A stretch of 64,000 nt of DNA from Tricharina praecox (lineage: Eukaryota), in contig NW_026250407.1 of the NCBI RefSeq assembly GCF_024521635.1, positions 186,001-250,000 on the forward strand. The letters run 5' to 3'. The notes under the pieces were generated by a model. It was given only the letters and a program-made list of their open reading frames with translations. It made no database searches and was not told the origin of the DNA. The number at the start of each line of letters is the position of its first letter. Position 1 is the stretch's first letter. The position numbers and the translations under genes were made by a program. Of the stretch, positions 1 to 15,131 are shown piece after piece.

Positions 1-3000
1 GGCGAAGGGGTACATTTGTCCGCCGAATTCGCTGTGCATGGTCGTTGGGAATCCATATGCTGGCACTGTCAGCTTCGACAATATCGTCCAGAGTCTGGAA
101 CTCGTCTTTGTTGTCATGACGGCGAATACGTTCTCGGACCTCCTGTACTACACCGCTGATAGTGATTACTTGGCTGCTTCTTGCTGTGAGTGCGCTTGAG
201 TGAATGCGAGGGAGTGGTTGCTGATTGGACACAGTTTTCATTGCGGCGATTATCATTCTGGCGTTTTGGTTGGCGAATTTGGTAAGTGTTCAGCTCTCTG
301 GGATCAGCGGACAGCTCTAATGGTGTGAACAGTTGATTGCAGTCATTACATCCTCGTTTCAAGTCATCCGGGAGGAATCCAGTAAGAGCGCCTTCTCCGC
401 AGACGACGTTTCATCCGTCCACAACAACGACGGCCAGGCGGAGCGGAAGCCGAGCACGCTCAAGAAGATCTACGATCTCTCGCGCCACCTCTGGATCGTC
501 GTCATCGGGGCGGGATTGTTTGCGCAGACGTTCCGCAGTGCCCGGATGCGCGAAAGGGAAGAGAGGATGATTGATCGGGTTGAGGCCAGCGTCACGTTGA
601 TCCTTCTCTTCGAGATCATCTTCCGGTTCGTCTCGGACTGGAGAGGGTTTCACACCAAGCGGAGGAACTGGGTGGATCTTTTCCTGGCCGTCATCACCTG
701 CATCATACTACTCCCGCCGGTGCGACACGGCGGAAGGATCTACGACTGGCTCACCGCCTTCCAGATCCTGCGGGTATACCGGCTGGTCTGGGCGATTCCG
801 GTGACGCGGAACCTTCTGGCCAAGGTTTTGGGTAACGTCTCGGGCCTGTTCAACTTGATATTCTTTGTGATCCTCCTCACGTTTCTCTGCGCGCTGTTTG
901 CTGTGCAAATCGTCAGAGGCGATATTCCGGCAGAGATCGGGGGCGAGACGACGCCTGTCAGCTTCTTTACCATCTTTAATGCCTTCCTGGGAATGTACCA
1001 GGTGTTCTCGAGCGAGGATTGGACGTCGCTGCTGTACATGGCTACTGAGGCACAGCAGCCGTACGGTGTCGGTTGGATCAGTGCTATGTTCTTTATTGGG
1101 TGGTTCATTCTTGGGAACTGTAAGTTGTCCCTCCGATCTTCCGACGTGATTTGTGCTGATGCGGTCTACAGTCATCGTGTTGAACATGTTTATTGCTGTC
1201 ATCCAGGAGAATTTCGATGTTACAGAGGACGAGAAGCGGATGCACCAAGTCAAGGCGTTTCTACAGAACAAGAGCTACAGGGCGCCCACCCAAGGACTCA
1301 AACTCTCGTCACTGTTCTCGTCAAAGAAGAACAAGATGAACACGGAGGCCGCGCAATCCAAGCAGGCCGCGTTCGAGATGTTGACCAAACAGGCGATCGT
1401 CGAGTCGTTCCTCGACGAGGGAGAACACCAACATCGCCAGGATGTCACGGCAGGAGCCAAGTTTGCCGTCGCCGCCGCCGTCGAGAACCTGCAGATGCAG
1501 GAGGAGAAGCGGAAGAGGTTCTATAAGCGGTGGTTTGCCAAGGCCAAGGGCGTGTGGAGGGATCGCGAGACGAACCCGTTCTACTCGTTCCAGTCGCGGT
1601 CCGTGGCGGATCTGGCGCCGACGGCGCTGGCGCAGGAGGTGGTCACTGAGGCGGAACGGAGGAAGCGCGCACAGAGGGAATACCTGGCTAAGCACCCTAA
1701 TTACAATGTCTCGCTGTTCATCTTCGGTCCTCAGAACCCGATCAGGCGCATGTGTCAGAGGATGGTGGGGCCCAGTCGTGCTAACGTCAGATATGCTGGT
1801 CTGCCTCCCAACACCACGATCAGTTACGCGTTTTCGATCATCATCTACTGTGCCATCGTGGCCATGGTTGTGTTGGCTTGCTTCACTACGCCGCTCTACC
1901 AGAAGGAGTATTTTTCCAAGAATGGGAATTCGCGCAAGAACTGGTTTACTCTGGTGGACGCGGGATTTGTGGTGCTGTTCACGTTTGAGTCGGCAATCAA
2001 GATCATCGCGGACGGATTGATCTGGACGCCGAATGCCTATCTGCGCGGATCGTGGGGAATCATCGATTGTATTGTGCTCATCACGCTGTGGATCAGTGTT
2101 GCGTCGTCCCTGACCAACAAGGATGAGATCAGCAGGGCTGTGGGTGCGTTCAAGGCGCTGCGTGCGCTCAGGCTGCTCAACATCAGTGGTACAGCGCAGG
2201 ATACGTTTCATTCGGTTGTGATTCTGGGCGGAAAGAAGATTCTGTCTGCCGCGTTCGTGTCGCTGTCGCTGATCATCCCGTTCGCCATCTACGGAGTCAA
2301 CCTGTTTGCCGGCCAGATGGATGCGTGCAACGACGGCAACGGCATAGTGAACCTTACCGACTGCATACACGAGTACGCCAGCCAGCCGTTCGAGTGGGAC
2401 GTCCTCGCGCCAAGAGTCGTCGAGAATCCGTACTTCAACTTTGACGACTTTGGCACCAGCTTGTTTATTCTGTTCCAGATTGTCAGTCAAGAAGGCTGGA
2501 CTGGGGTCATGTTCAACGCGCAGAATGTCGTCGGAAAGGGAATGCAGCCGCAACCGTTTCACTCCCAGGTCAACTCGCTGTTCTTCCTCGTCTTCAATCT
2601 GCTGGGAGCTGTCTTCGTCCTGACACTGTTCGTGTCTGTGTTTATGCGGAATTACACGGAACAGACCGGTGTGGCGTTCTTGACGGCGGATCAGCGCACG
2701 TGGCTCGAGCTGAGGAAATTGCTGAGACAGGTCTCGCCGTCGAAGCGGCCGGATAAGAGTCCCGACTCGGAGTGGAAGGGTTGGTGCTATCAGAGGGCGA
2801 CGCACAAGCATGGGTATTGGCAGAGAGGTGTTACCGTTCTATTGATGATCCATGGTTTGCTTCTGCTACTGGAGTACCATCCTTCGCCTGGCTCGTTGGA
2901 CAGGACAAGGGACTGGCTGTTCCTGGTGCTGAACATCGCCTTCATCGGCAACCTGGCTGTGCGCGTGGTGGGGCTGACATGGTCGAATTTCATCAAGAGC

Positions 3001-5131
3001 AAGTGGGACATCTACGCGCTGCTGTCGGTCAGCGGGACGTTCGTGACGACTCTCCTGCTGCTGGCTGGATACGCCAATCCGATGTTCGTCCAGCTGCAGA
3101 AGCTGTTCCTGGTGTCGGTCGTGATCATGTTGATCCCACGCAACGACCAGCTGGATCATCTATTCAAGACTGCGGCCGCGTCGTTGACCTCGATCGGGAA
3201 CCTGATTGCGACCTGGTTCGTGCTATTCTTGGTTTATGCGATAGCGTTGACGCAGACTTTCGGTGAGTGACCCGATCCGTTTGGTTTATATTGGAAGATA
3301 TTGATTGGGTTTTGGGGTACAGGCTTGACGAAGATCGGCCCGAACGGTAACGGTAATATGAACTTCAGGACCGTGCCAAAGGCTTTGATCCTGCTGTTTA
3401 GGATGACGTGCGGGTAAGGGTTTCTCCGATCCATGGGTGATGGAAGTCCCATGCTGATGTGTGAAATAGAGAGGGATGGAACGAAATCATGAGCGACTAC
3501 GAGGTGATCGAGCCGGCGTGCGTACGTGGCCAGACATTCTTCGACAGCGACTGTGGCAGCGAGGTTTACGCCCACGCACTGTTTGTTTCTTGGAACATTC
3601 TGAGCATGTACATCTTCGTGAGCATGTTCATCTCGCTCATCTTCGAGAGTTTCAGTTACGTGTATCAACGATCGGGCGACTCGTCGCAGGTGTCGCGCGA
3701 GGAGATCCGCAAGTTCAAGCAGGCCTGGGCAACGCTCGATCCAGACGGCACCGGGTACATAGCGAAGGACAGGTTTCCGAGGCTGCTGGGTCTGCTCTCG
3801 GGGATTTTTGCGATGAGGGTATATGAAGACCCGTTTACGGTGCATAGTATCCTCGATGACTGCAGGGTCGATCCGAATAGCGCCAAGGGTCGCAACAAGG
3901 GGACGGCGGCCGTGCATGGGATTGACCTGGACAAATTGAATAGGCGCATCGCGCAGATCCCCGTTCACAAGATCCGCAGGCAGAGGCATACCTTTACGCT
4001 GTTCTTTGAGGAGTGTTTGGTCTCGGCGGATAAGGACTATGGTGTCTCGTTTGAGTCGGTCCTGCTGATTCTCGCGCATTACAAACTCATCAACGACAAC
4101 AAGAGTCTGAGGTTGGTTTTACACTTGAAGCAGATGTGAGGGATTTATCCGGTGGTTGACTCTGTGACACTAGGCTTGAGGAATACCTGCGTCGACGATA
4201 CAGGTTGCAGAGAGTGGAAGAACAGGTGCAGCGAAATGTCGTGACGAACTTCTTCCTGACCCTGTAAGTTCCTGTTTCACATGTGCCGTCTATCCCTGCA
4301 TTAGTCGACACGCTGACAGGCAGTTACAGGTACTGGAGCAAACGCTTCAAAGACCTCAGGCTCGGCCGGATCACCCCAGGCACGATCAGTCGCGCACCGT
4401 CCACCACCGTGCCGCAGATCCGCGTCGACAACGCCAGCGACATAACCGACATCGTCCCCCACAACTCGGACATCCCCCAGATCACGCTTAACGAGGAAGG
4501 ACCCGTCGTGCCCCCTCGCCTCTCGTTCGACGACAGCTACCACAACACCGGAGAATCCAGCGGTTTCAGCCCCATCGACTCACCCACCGATGCAGCCGGC
4601 GGCGGCGCGTTCAGCTTTGGCGGCGTGAACCCGTTCTCGGACGGCAACGAGCCACTCAGCTTCCTCCGCCAGCGCGGTCCGGGCCGGCGCACGCCACCGT
4701 ACATATCGACGCCCAACCTGTCTCCTAGTACGAGCCCGATGATCTCGCCGGCGCTTAGTCCGCGCGTGGGCGCGGGGCCATCCGACGGCTTTGGCGGCAT
4801 CGGCCTGTGGTACGGCGCCGGCGCGCAGTCACCCACCACCGCGGAGCGCCAGACAAGTGAGGTCGCCCCCCAGGTCGTCATGGACGCCCTTGACGACTCC
4901 GAGTGGCGCGATCAGATCAGGTCGTTCATTGAGAGCCAGATAGGTCCCGGCGCGGGGGGATCCCCAAGTGTCAGCAGGAATGGAAGCCGCAATGGGGAGG
5001 TTAGTAGACAGGGTAGTCGTAATGGCGGTGGTGGCGGTGGTGCTGGTGGGAATGCTGCTGGTGGTGGTGCTGGTGCTGGTGGTGCTGGTGCTGGCGGGAG
5101 TGCGAGGGGTGATGCCAGTCCCAGGTCCTAG
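1..5131 (+). CDS. CCH1: Fungal four-domain voltage-gated-like Ca2+ channel Cch1, 5' part outside window, multi-exon
   Basis: ORFs 333-1526, 1153-3270, 3489-4139 and 4283-5131 join through GT-AG introns (about 186-234, 282-331, 1120-1171, 3264-3322, 3414-3470, 4112-4173, 4264-4330). S4-like segments FQILRVYRLV and FKALRALRLL. Pore loops read MTANTF / SSEDW / SQEGW / TCGEGW, the N-E-E-E filter of fungal Cch1. EF-hand-like DPDGTGYI and a Gly-rich C-terminus. Confidence 0.95.
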
Positions 5132-5282
5132 ACAGTAGGTATGCAGTTGATGATTGTAATAATGAAGCAGGTGGCAGGTGGCTGCTGGGAGGGGGGCGTT
5201 TGGGTGGGGGCTTTTTGTTTTGTTTTTGTTTTGTTCTGTTACATTGATGTTTTGGCTCTTGAGACTTCCTTTTACTCTACTC

Positions 5283-5303
5283 GTGTGTGTGTGTGTGTGT
5301 GTG
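5283..5303. repeat. (GT)n microsatellite
   Basis: About 10 GT units read directly from the sequence. Confidence 0.9.
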
Positions 5304-5373
5304 GCCATGGGATGGGATGGGGGATATGGGGTATAGAGTAATCACCTGCTATGATAGAACGGTGGGAGGGTGG

Positions 5374-5436
5374 GAGATGCGTGCGAGATACGTGCGAGAT
5401 GCGTGCGAGATACGTGCGAGATGCGTGCGAGATACG
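5374..5436. repeat. 11-bp tandem repeat GAGAT(G/A)CGTGC, about 5.7 copies
   Basis: Read directly; G and A variants strictly alternate. Confidence 0.9.
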
Positions 5437-6443
5437 ATACGTAGACTTAATTATTGCATAATATTTAACTATGATACCTATGATATGTTGATATGTATGA
5501 TATGTTGATATGTACAATGTACCAAGTATGTACTACATGAAGCATGGAGCCCGTGAACTCGCTCGCCTTATCGCCAGTAGGTAGGTAACCAGTAACCCCT
5601 TGATATACACGGGAGTGCCTGGCGGGAGGGGATGTGATGTCAAGGTATACACGCTCTACACAGGAAGCTGGCAGGTGACGGACGGGTGCACATTTTACCG
5701 GCTATAACGGCCGGCCCCAGCTGCGAGGTTGCTGGGTGGGACGTGCGAGATGGGTTTCAACGTGAAACGTGGAGTGATACCTTGACCTGGACCTGTGGCT
5801 TAGGCTTGGGCATGGAAGGATACCAGGTACCAATATAGGGGGGTGGAGAGGTGGAGAGGTGGGGGGGGGGTGCTGGGATGGGGGTGGTGGTGCTGGTGGT
5901 GGTACGTGATAGGTGGGCTGTGCACTGTGCACTGTGTACGGGGTACGTACCCGTAGCATTGGGAGTAGGTAGGAGAGGGAGGGGGAGGGGGGTATTTACT
6001 ATATGATGGAGAATTCCTCGTCCTCGTCCTCATCCGAATGTTGAAGTCTGTAGAGTATCTACTACTCACTGAAGTGCTTGGGTGGTATCGTTCTTGTCAC
6101 TCGCTCTCTCTCTCTACATCGGCAGTATAAATCGAAGAAAGCAAAAGGAAGCAAAAGGAAGGCTGCGCCTCCTCCACAGACTCGTCTACACACACACACA
6201 CGCTCATACGCTCATTCACGCTCACAAACACACATACACGCTCACTCACACTCAATCGCACCTTCACGTCTCATTCACATCACATCACATCACATCACAT
6301 CACAACCTGCACAAAGGAACGAACGAGTGACGAACCGCACAGCATCCCGCTCCGCTCATCGACGCAAGCCCACATCCACCCACATCACCCCGATACCCAC
6401 CCACCCCCGCCCCACCTCGCCCCAACCAGACCAACCAAACATA

Positions 6444-6980
6444 ATGCACATCCCCACCATCCACCGACCACGCGCACTATCCCGAGGCCGGCGCATCTCC
6501 CTAACTCTAACAACGATCTTCCACCGCTCTTCCTCCTCAACTTCCACCAGCAGCAGTGTAGCCTCACCAGATTCGGCCACATCTACCAACACCACCCTCT
6601 CCCTCTCTTCCCCCGACTCCTCCACCGACAGCCGTAACCGCGGCAGACGAAGAAGCGGCGGCAACGGCGGCGACAGGAGCAGAAGACAGAGCTTGTACTC
6701 GATCTTCCCGCCGCCGGAGCTGGCGTTTGCGCAGCCGAGTGTGCATCCGTGGGGCGTGGAGGGGGAGGGGATGTATAGTGCCGAGGAGCTGTGTCGTGCT
6801 GAGGACGGGGATAGTGCTGAGGACGGGGAGAATAGGGATGGGGATGCAGAGGCGTGGGAGAGCGTGTGGGGACTTGTTGGTGAACCGCGGCCGGCACGGG
6901 GACTGGGGTTGGGGGGTTCCAGGAAGGGTAGGGGCACGGTCGAGGTGATCGGGGTTATGGAGGTGCTTGTTGGCTGGTGA
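6444..6980 (+). CDS. Hypothetical 178-aa Ser/Arg-rich protein, single exon
   Basis: ATG at 6444 (context ATAATGC) within ORF 6078-6980, preceded by a C/A-rich UTR-like tract. No recognisable domain. Confidence 0.5.
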   Translation: MHIPTIHRPRALSRGRRISLTLTTIFHRSSSSTSTSSSVASPDSATSTNTTLSLSSPDSSTDSRNRGRRRSGGNGGDRSRRQSLYSIFPPPELAFAQPSVHPWGVEGEGMYSAEELCRAEDGDSAEDGENRDGDAEAWESVWGLVGEPRPARGLGLGGSRKGRGTVEVIGVMEVLVGW

Positions 6981-7379
6981 GCTGGAAAAGCGGATGGGGG
7001 GTGGTAATGTACATGGATGTGGATGGGATATCACTCGGCTGATTCACTCGGCTGATGGGAGTAGACGGCAACTGCTATAGACGGCTTTGATAGCTGTAAA
7101 TATTACCTACTAGTACTGTGTTCAACCCACATGGAAACCTAGACGGTGACTGGTGTTTCGTATGGTATGGTATCGGTCATTCGGATTCCCGGAGCTCCTC
7201 ATGATGCCTCAACCACAGTCCCGGTTTGAATCCGCCAGATGCCCTGTGTCTGTTTGCCCGAACCTCATGATCGTATTCGCCAAATGCTGCAAAACGCTGA
7301 ATGCACACCCAACCCAAACGCCGTAGACCTCCCTCCCTCCCGCCTCCCCGCCTCCCACCCATCCCTCCCTTCCCTTCCC

Positions 7380-8147
7380 TCAACTGAGCTTCTGCAAGAA
7401 CCCCTGCTGGATCAACCTCTCGACATCGCCCTGCCTGACAAAGAACTGGGAATTCTTCGTCAAATTGATCGCGCTGCCACCTTTATCAGCACACATCCTC
7501 CATCCCACCCCTCCCCCCTCCCCTCCCCTCTCCTTCCAGGACATTTTCACATACCCATACTCAGTCTGAATCTCACCCGCGTCCTTCAGGACCCTAACAT
7601 CCACAAACAGATCCCTGGGGGGCTCCAGACTGCCCGTAAGATCCACATCCGTCCACCTCCCCTTCGCCGCAGCCAGCAAGTCCGCATACCCACGCGCATA
7701 CTCCTCCTCCTCGGGGGAAAGCCTATCGCCCTGCGCCTCGCCCTCCCCCCCGTCCCCACCCCACATCCCGCCCCCCTCCCCCCCAGCACCCCCTTCCCCC
7801 CCGCCCCCGCCCCCGCCCCCGCCCCCCTCCCCTCCCCCACCACCCCCACTCCAACAAACCCCCTCAATCCTCTCGACCCTAACTTTATGATACGCCAGCA
7901 GACACCGTTTATTCCGGCGCATACACAGATGGTGTACGAGCAGCGTGTACGCTGTAGCCGGGCTGGCGGCGGGGTCGAATCCGCCAGCGTCGGTGAAGGG
8001 AGCAAGAATGCTGGTCACGTCGCGGTCGAGGTCGCGGACTTCGCGCGTGATCGAGCGGACGATCTCAGACTGGTAGGGGGGGAGGTAGGATAGGCTCAAT
8101 GTCCGCTTCGCGTGCGCGATGAGGGTTTGGGAGAGGTCGCCGTACAT
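7380..8147 (-). CDS. PSF1: GINS complex subunit Psf1
   Basis: Motifs HHLCMRRNKRCLLAYH, LSPEEEEY, DLTGSLEPPRDLFVDVRVLKDAGEIQTEYG and NLTKNSQFFVRQGDVERLIQQGFL. One 81-nt intron predicted at 7554-7474. Confidence 0.95.
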   Translation of the reverse strand: MYGDLSQTLIAHAKRTLSLSYLPPYQSEIVRSITREVRDLDRDVTSILAPFTDAGGFDPAASPATAYTLLVHHLCMRRNKRCLLAYHKVRVERIEGVCWSGGGGGGEGGGGGGGGGGEGGAGGEGGGMWGGDGGEGEAQGDRLSPEEEEYARGYADLLAAAKGRWTDVDLTGSLEPPRDLFVDVRVLKDAGEIQTEYGYVKMSWKERGGEGGGVGWRMCADKGGSAINLTKNSQFFVRQGDVERLIQQGFLQKLS

Positions 8148-9281
8148 CTTTGTGGTTACTGGAGGGGGGAGACAAGTTGTTGGTTGGTTGCTGGAGGGGG
8201 GACGCGTGCGGAGGCGGTGCCGGCCGATCAGCCTTATGCCTTATGCGGCATGGGTATCACTCTATCACTCGGCAGAAGGAGGTCGTAATCATAGTCGATC
8301 ACCCTGTAACTCGGCATACTATCACTTCAGCCTTAGGTGTCCATTAACACTCTGCATGCGACAATAAATTGATGTTCTCTCTCTCTGTTCATTTACACTC
8401 ACCTCACCTCACCGCATAGTATTCCCTGTTGCCATCCATCTTCACAGTGCAGTACACACCCAAAACTAGCACCACCGCCATCGGAATCAGAATCGCGATC
8501 ATGATCATGTTACAACCTAGATACAATAGGTATTCTACACCCCGCCACCCCTTCCTCGCTGCCTCCCATTCCTCTCCGCCTCCCTGCCTCCATTTTGTCC
8601 CACTACCTACCACACTACCACACCAACCTTCATCTTCATCTTCCAAAACTCTCCTCTCCTCTCCCCTTCTCTCCTCTTATAGAAACCACAATAAGAACAA
8701 GAACAAGCCATCGTTTAAACTGTAAAGTAGTAAAGCACCATTTTTCTCCCGCGCCGAACCAACCACAAAAACACAAGCAGACATGACAAGCAAAGCAAAC
8801 CCTAGCCCAAAAAATCATTCTTCCCCTCCGCCGCCATGTTGGGGAAAAAAGCAGAAAACAAGATACGGTTGTACAAGAAGGAGGAAAGGAAAGGAAAAGG
8901 AAAAAAGATAAGGTCGTGATACATGGAACGTAAAAGATGAAGCAAAGCAAGCAGGTAATACACCACACCACACCACACCAATCCCCAACCCCGTTGTTGC
9001 CGCATAGCGTGGTATAATAAAAATGAAAAGCAAGCTACACATGAAAGGAAGAGGAAGAGGAAAAGTAAGGATTCAAAGAAGGGTTGAAGTTGAAAGAAGG
9101 AAGGAAGGAAGGTATTATGTAAGCTGGTCATTACACAAGATATACTTTCTAGATGTTTAGTTTCGCGACACGAAAGATGCCCCATTTAGTAGAATAAGAA
9201 TAGGGTAAAAAAAAAAAAAAAAGCAACGCAGAGCAGGATACATTATGGCTAATGCACGCGCACACAGCGTTTTGAGTTCTC

Positions 9282-10616
<1,335 letters not shown>

Positions 10617-12024
10617 GTTGGTCTGATGATGGGGGCGGTAGTGGTGGTGGGGGCTCGTGACAGTTGCTGGCGGTAGTGGTGGTGGTGGTGCGCGTTGAGC
10701 CGATCGGCGAAAGAGAGGAGTAGTTGATTCCGTGGTTGGTGTCGAGAAAAAGAAGAAAGGAGCACGAGGTGGTGGCAGTGGAGATGGTCGGTCCGATGAG
10801 GAGTACTCAAGGTGCTGTATGTATGACTAGGAAGTGTTGACGAAGCTTGGCAATCGGCGGCTATGTCCCACCCGCATTTAGGTAGTTTTATACGGAAGAG
10901 CGCTAGCTCAATAGCACCAAACAAGAGCCCTCGACGATCAAACAAGCCGCTTCCAAGCGCATCGAAGACTTCCCTTGCGACGCAGCATTAAATGCTTCGA
11001 CCTGCACGCAATAGCAGTGCTAGTCTTCCAGTATTTGCGTAAGAACAGTCATTTAACTTTCCGTTGAAACGCTCGCTCTGGTTTACTCGCTCTGTTGCGA
11101 ACCGAGGCTAGCTGCCTTCTCCCGTTGCCTTCTCCCGAGTCTAAATGGCGTCTGGTCAGTGGTGGTGGCGAAGGGATTAGGGTTCAGGAACCCGTCTCGT
11201 AGGTACATCACATTGATTGATGTCAATCCGCCATCACTATCAGAAGAAGAGGGCCCCGTAAATTACATTACAGCAACTATCGCATTCCTACTAGGCTACT
11301 CCTACACAATAACCACAGCACATCACTCCATTTTGCCTCGCATTCATAAGATAGATACACAGAAACAAAATCGCAACAGAACAGCCATCCAGCCAGCCAA
11401 CCATAGCAATATACCACAAGTCAGTCGTTCGCGAGAGGGAGGGAGAAAGAGAAGAAAAAGAAACAGACATAAACACATGAGGGAAAAAAAGAACCCCACA
11501 AACCAATCGCCATCCACCATCCACCACCCGACCCCCGACACCTGAACTAACAAATCGTGGAATCCCGTAATCAACAGTCCGCTCATGTGAAAGGGATATC
11601 AAGACGATTTACATGAAAGAGCTTCAAAACGGACAACACCAATTACACCCGCTGAAGAGAAGGCAAACCAAAAAAAAAGGAAAGAAAAAACCGAAACCGA
11701 AAACATGAGAAACACTGCAGAGTAAACAGCTGACACCACCTCCACCGCCAACCGTGAGCCAAAACAAGATGAAAACAATCCTATACAGAGGAGTTGCATG
11801 TGCTGTATGTAAAACACAGGAAGAAACCGTATGCCAAAAGAACAAACATGGGAAATAGTTGGAGAGGAAAGCGCCACGGAGAAAAAAAACTTGACACTCG
11901 AATCCATCCTGTGGGAGATTCGCAGATGATTAAAGGATCCTATAATCGGAGGAATGCGATAGAAGCGCAACAAAACACACGGAACGGAAAAGACAGAAAG
12001 CAAACTTCTTGGCATGGCTACCCT

Positions 12025-15000
12025 CTACAGCTTCAACTCTGACAGAATCCGACTCGCTAAACTCTTGTACTGCCATGTGTTGGTCTTGTTGTGACTCTTG
12101 AACTGGATCCCGTGGAGCGAGAGCAGAGGAACCTTGACGATGTAGATCTCGAACTGCAGGATCAAAGAACCACCCAGAACACCGTCGTTGACAGAGTCGT
12201 TCGATGCATCACTGTTAGTGTAGCTGGTATCCGCTCTCTGTCGTCGTGACGATGTCTGTTTTGACGACGAGCCCTGCTGACTACTGCTGCCGCCAGTGTT
12301 GCCAAACGAAATTTTCCGCCGGTGTGCCGAAGTCGACACCATGTTGGTCGCTTCCGTCTCAGAGCTGCCTTCGACGACGCTCTTAAGGTCGATACTGGGC
12401 CGATGGACGCAAACGAAGCCGCCCTTGATCTCCCTGTACGAAACACCCAGCTGATCCAACACCCTGATGATATCCTTTCGAATCTCGATTGGAGGTTTTG
12501 TGGAAGTCGTCGATACGCTGAAGAGACCCTTGAGAAACACAGGCTTGACAAAGTCCGATGACGGTGTCGCCGATGCATTGGGGTCTCCACTGCCCATGGA
12601 AGTAGCGACATCTGCATTGTCGTCCGTTGCGACATCGTCGGGGTTGGCAGCCATGCTCCCCGAGTCGTCCTTCCTTGTGCGGCGGCTTTGCATCATGTCT
12701 CGCTTGGCATGTCCAACCGATTTCGCTCGTTGCGCGAAAGATTTGGGGTTGTCCGTTCCCGCCACCGATCTCTCCGAGCCACTGGTGCCAGGAGGTTCCA
12801 TTGAAGCTCTCGGCCGACTGTACTTCCGTCGCCAGTCAACTTCCGATACACTGGTAGAACGTCCCAGAGGCTTAGTCTTTCTGGCGCCGGCATCAGCGGT
12901 GGTCGGAGGCGTCAAGAGGTCGGGCTGGCCAGGCTGAGATGTGTCGTTGTGTGTTGGGCGAACCGGTTCCTTTTGCCTCCTCAGCGAAAGACTGGTCTTG
13001 GGTAGATTGGAAGGTGGTTGGTCTGGAGGTTGTAGTGAGAGGGTTGGTGGTGCGGCTGCCTTGCTTAGATCCCCCTTCGTTGACTCCCCACGATGATGCG
13101 ACTGATGACGCCTGGTGCTCAACCGGCGTAACATGCCCCCAACCGAGAGATCCTTTCTTGAAGATGGCTGCTCCACTTTTGGGGGAGCTACAGAAGGCGC
13201 AGGCGAGACACCACTGCTATTGTTCATATTGATATTCTTGACCGCCTCCGACACCTCGTCATCTCCATGCGTCCGAGCTCTAGGTCTTGTCCTACCGGAT
13301 GTAGCGGCCGGCTCGCCCCTCACCTCGTAGCTCGTCTCACTGGTGTGAGCGGCCTCGGGCTGTCTGGGTACCGACATGTGTGGCACCTTCTCGGTCTCTG
13401 AAGCCGGAAGTGTCACGTGTGATCCAGGAGCTGCCTTCTGGCGATCCCGTTCGAGTCTCTCGCGGACGAGATAGTACACCGAAACAAGCGGATTGTACGC
13501 GTTGATCGGATCCGTCTGTGTGTATGGCAGGACCTCGGTGCTAAGGTTCGTGAGTGTGTCCTTCGAACTCGTGGATGACCGCCGCTTGTAGAAGTCGAAT
13601 GCGAACGGCTTCTTTCTCTCCTGGTAGGATGACGCCAGCGGAGCATCTCGCTGCGCTTGCTTGACCGCATTCTGATATTCCTCGGAGGACACGATCTTTG
13701 TCAGCTGGGACGTGATGATCTCGGACGACCCAAACTCGAATCCGGTCATGCCGCTAATGACCAGAGGGTCAAGCGGGAGAGTGAGTGGCTCCCGGGCCGG
13801 CAGACAGTTCTCCGGTGGAACGGAATAGCCCTTCATGAGCCAGGGATGCGTCATGATCTCTTGAAGGGTTGCACGTTGCCGGGGATCCGTCACAAGCATT
13901 CGGGAGAGCAGATGCCTGCAATCTAGAGTTTCCGGTCAGTGCGCGCTCCCAACTTCGGAGTGTAGGGGGGGATCGCGGCCTACCATTCGAGAGCCATTGC
14001 GGGTAGTCCACCATTCCGCGCTTGATCTTTGCGTGAAGCGCAGGCATGTTCTGGTCGTCGAAGGGCACCTTTCCGCAAACCAACACGTACAGCACGATGC
14101 CAAAACTCCAAACATCAACCTCCGGTCCGATGTATTGCTTCGCCTGCAATAACTCCGGTGCCGCGAAATACAGAGATCCGCAGAATGTCCGGAGGTGTGA
14201 ACGGGGCGAGAACAGATTGGAGAGGCCAAAGTCGATGATTTTGATATCACCGGTCTTGGAGATGAGGATGTTCTCGATCTTCAGATCCCGATGGACGATC
14301 GAGTTTCTGTGACAATAATCCAGTGCGCTTGCAATCTGCCTCCCGAACTTCCTAGCCTGTTTCTCCTTCAGTCTGCCATGAGAGATGATGTAGTCCAGCA
14401 TCTGACCACCGTTGACGTACTCGCACAGCATGTACCAGTGATTGTTGGTCTTGATGACATCTCGCATGCCGCAGATGTACGGATGGTCCAGTAGGGTGAC
14501 GATGGCCGCCTCCCTCGCGGTGCGTATTTCTTTGCTGTCGTCATGGCGAGGAGGATACGGTTGACCTGTAGCGGGGTCGATGCCGTGTTCCTGAATAAGC
14601 TGCCGAGGTACGATCTTGACGGCAACCTGAACAAACAAACGATAAGCCTCTCAACGTCCTCCGGAGTGATTTACACTGTGTGGTTACCTGTTCCGACCCG
14701 TCGGCCCTCCTCGCTAGCTTGACCTTGCCCATACTACCCGCGCCAATCGTCTTCCCAAGATTCCAAGTCCCGCTTGGGCCCTGAATGGAAGTCTTCCTAG
14801 GGCGCTGCTGCGCGTGAGGCACCTGCCTACCCGCTTCGTCGATGACGACCGGCGGTTGTGGCGGAGCGTGTGTGGCGGCCGACATCGCCGATGATTGTCT
14901 CGAGTGGGATGGTCGGTGGGACGATGGCGGATTGCCAGACGCAGACACGAGGCGGGACGTTTCGGCGTCACGGGCGGGAAGCTGGCTCAGACCGTGGTCG

Positions 15001-15131
15001 CCTTCTCGTGAAGACGGAGCCGTATTTCTCGATGTCGAAGGCTGGCGCTGGTGTTGTTGCTGCTGCTGCTGACGAGTGCTATGCTGGCGTTGGAGCACAA
15101 CGGGACTCTGATGCGTCGCGGGAGCTGACAT
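12025..15131 (-). CDS. KIN1: Kin1/Kin2 (MARK/PAR-1 family) Ser/Thr kinase with C-terminal KA1 domain, 3 exons
   Basis: [24 protein letters not shown] and [12 protein letters not shown] kinase motifs. KA1 motifs [16 protein letters not shown] and [19 protein letters not shown]...[16 protein letters not shown]. Introns at about 14687-14627 and 13983-13924. Confidence 0.95.

Noticed and set aside
1321..2811. 496-aa minus-strand ORF
   Set aside because: Antisense shadow of the CCH1 coding sequence caused by codon bias.
7239..8093. 284-aa Pro-rich plus-strand ORF
   Set aside because: Antisense to PSF1; the Pro-richness mirrors the G-runs.
11177..11184. TTAGGGTT telomere-like motif
   Set aside because: Single copy, expected by chance.
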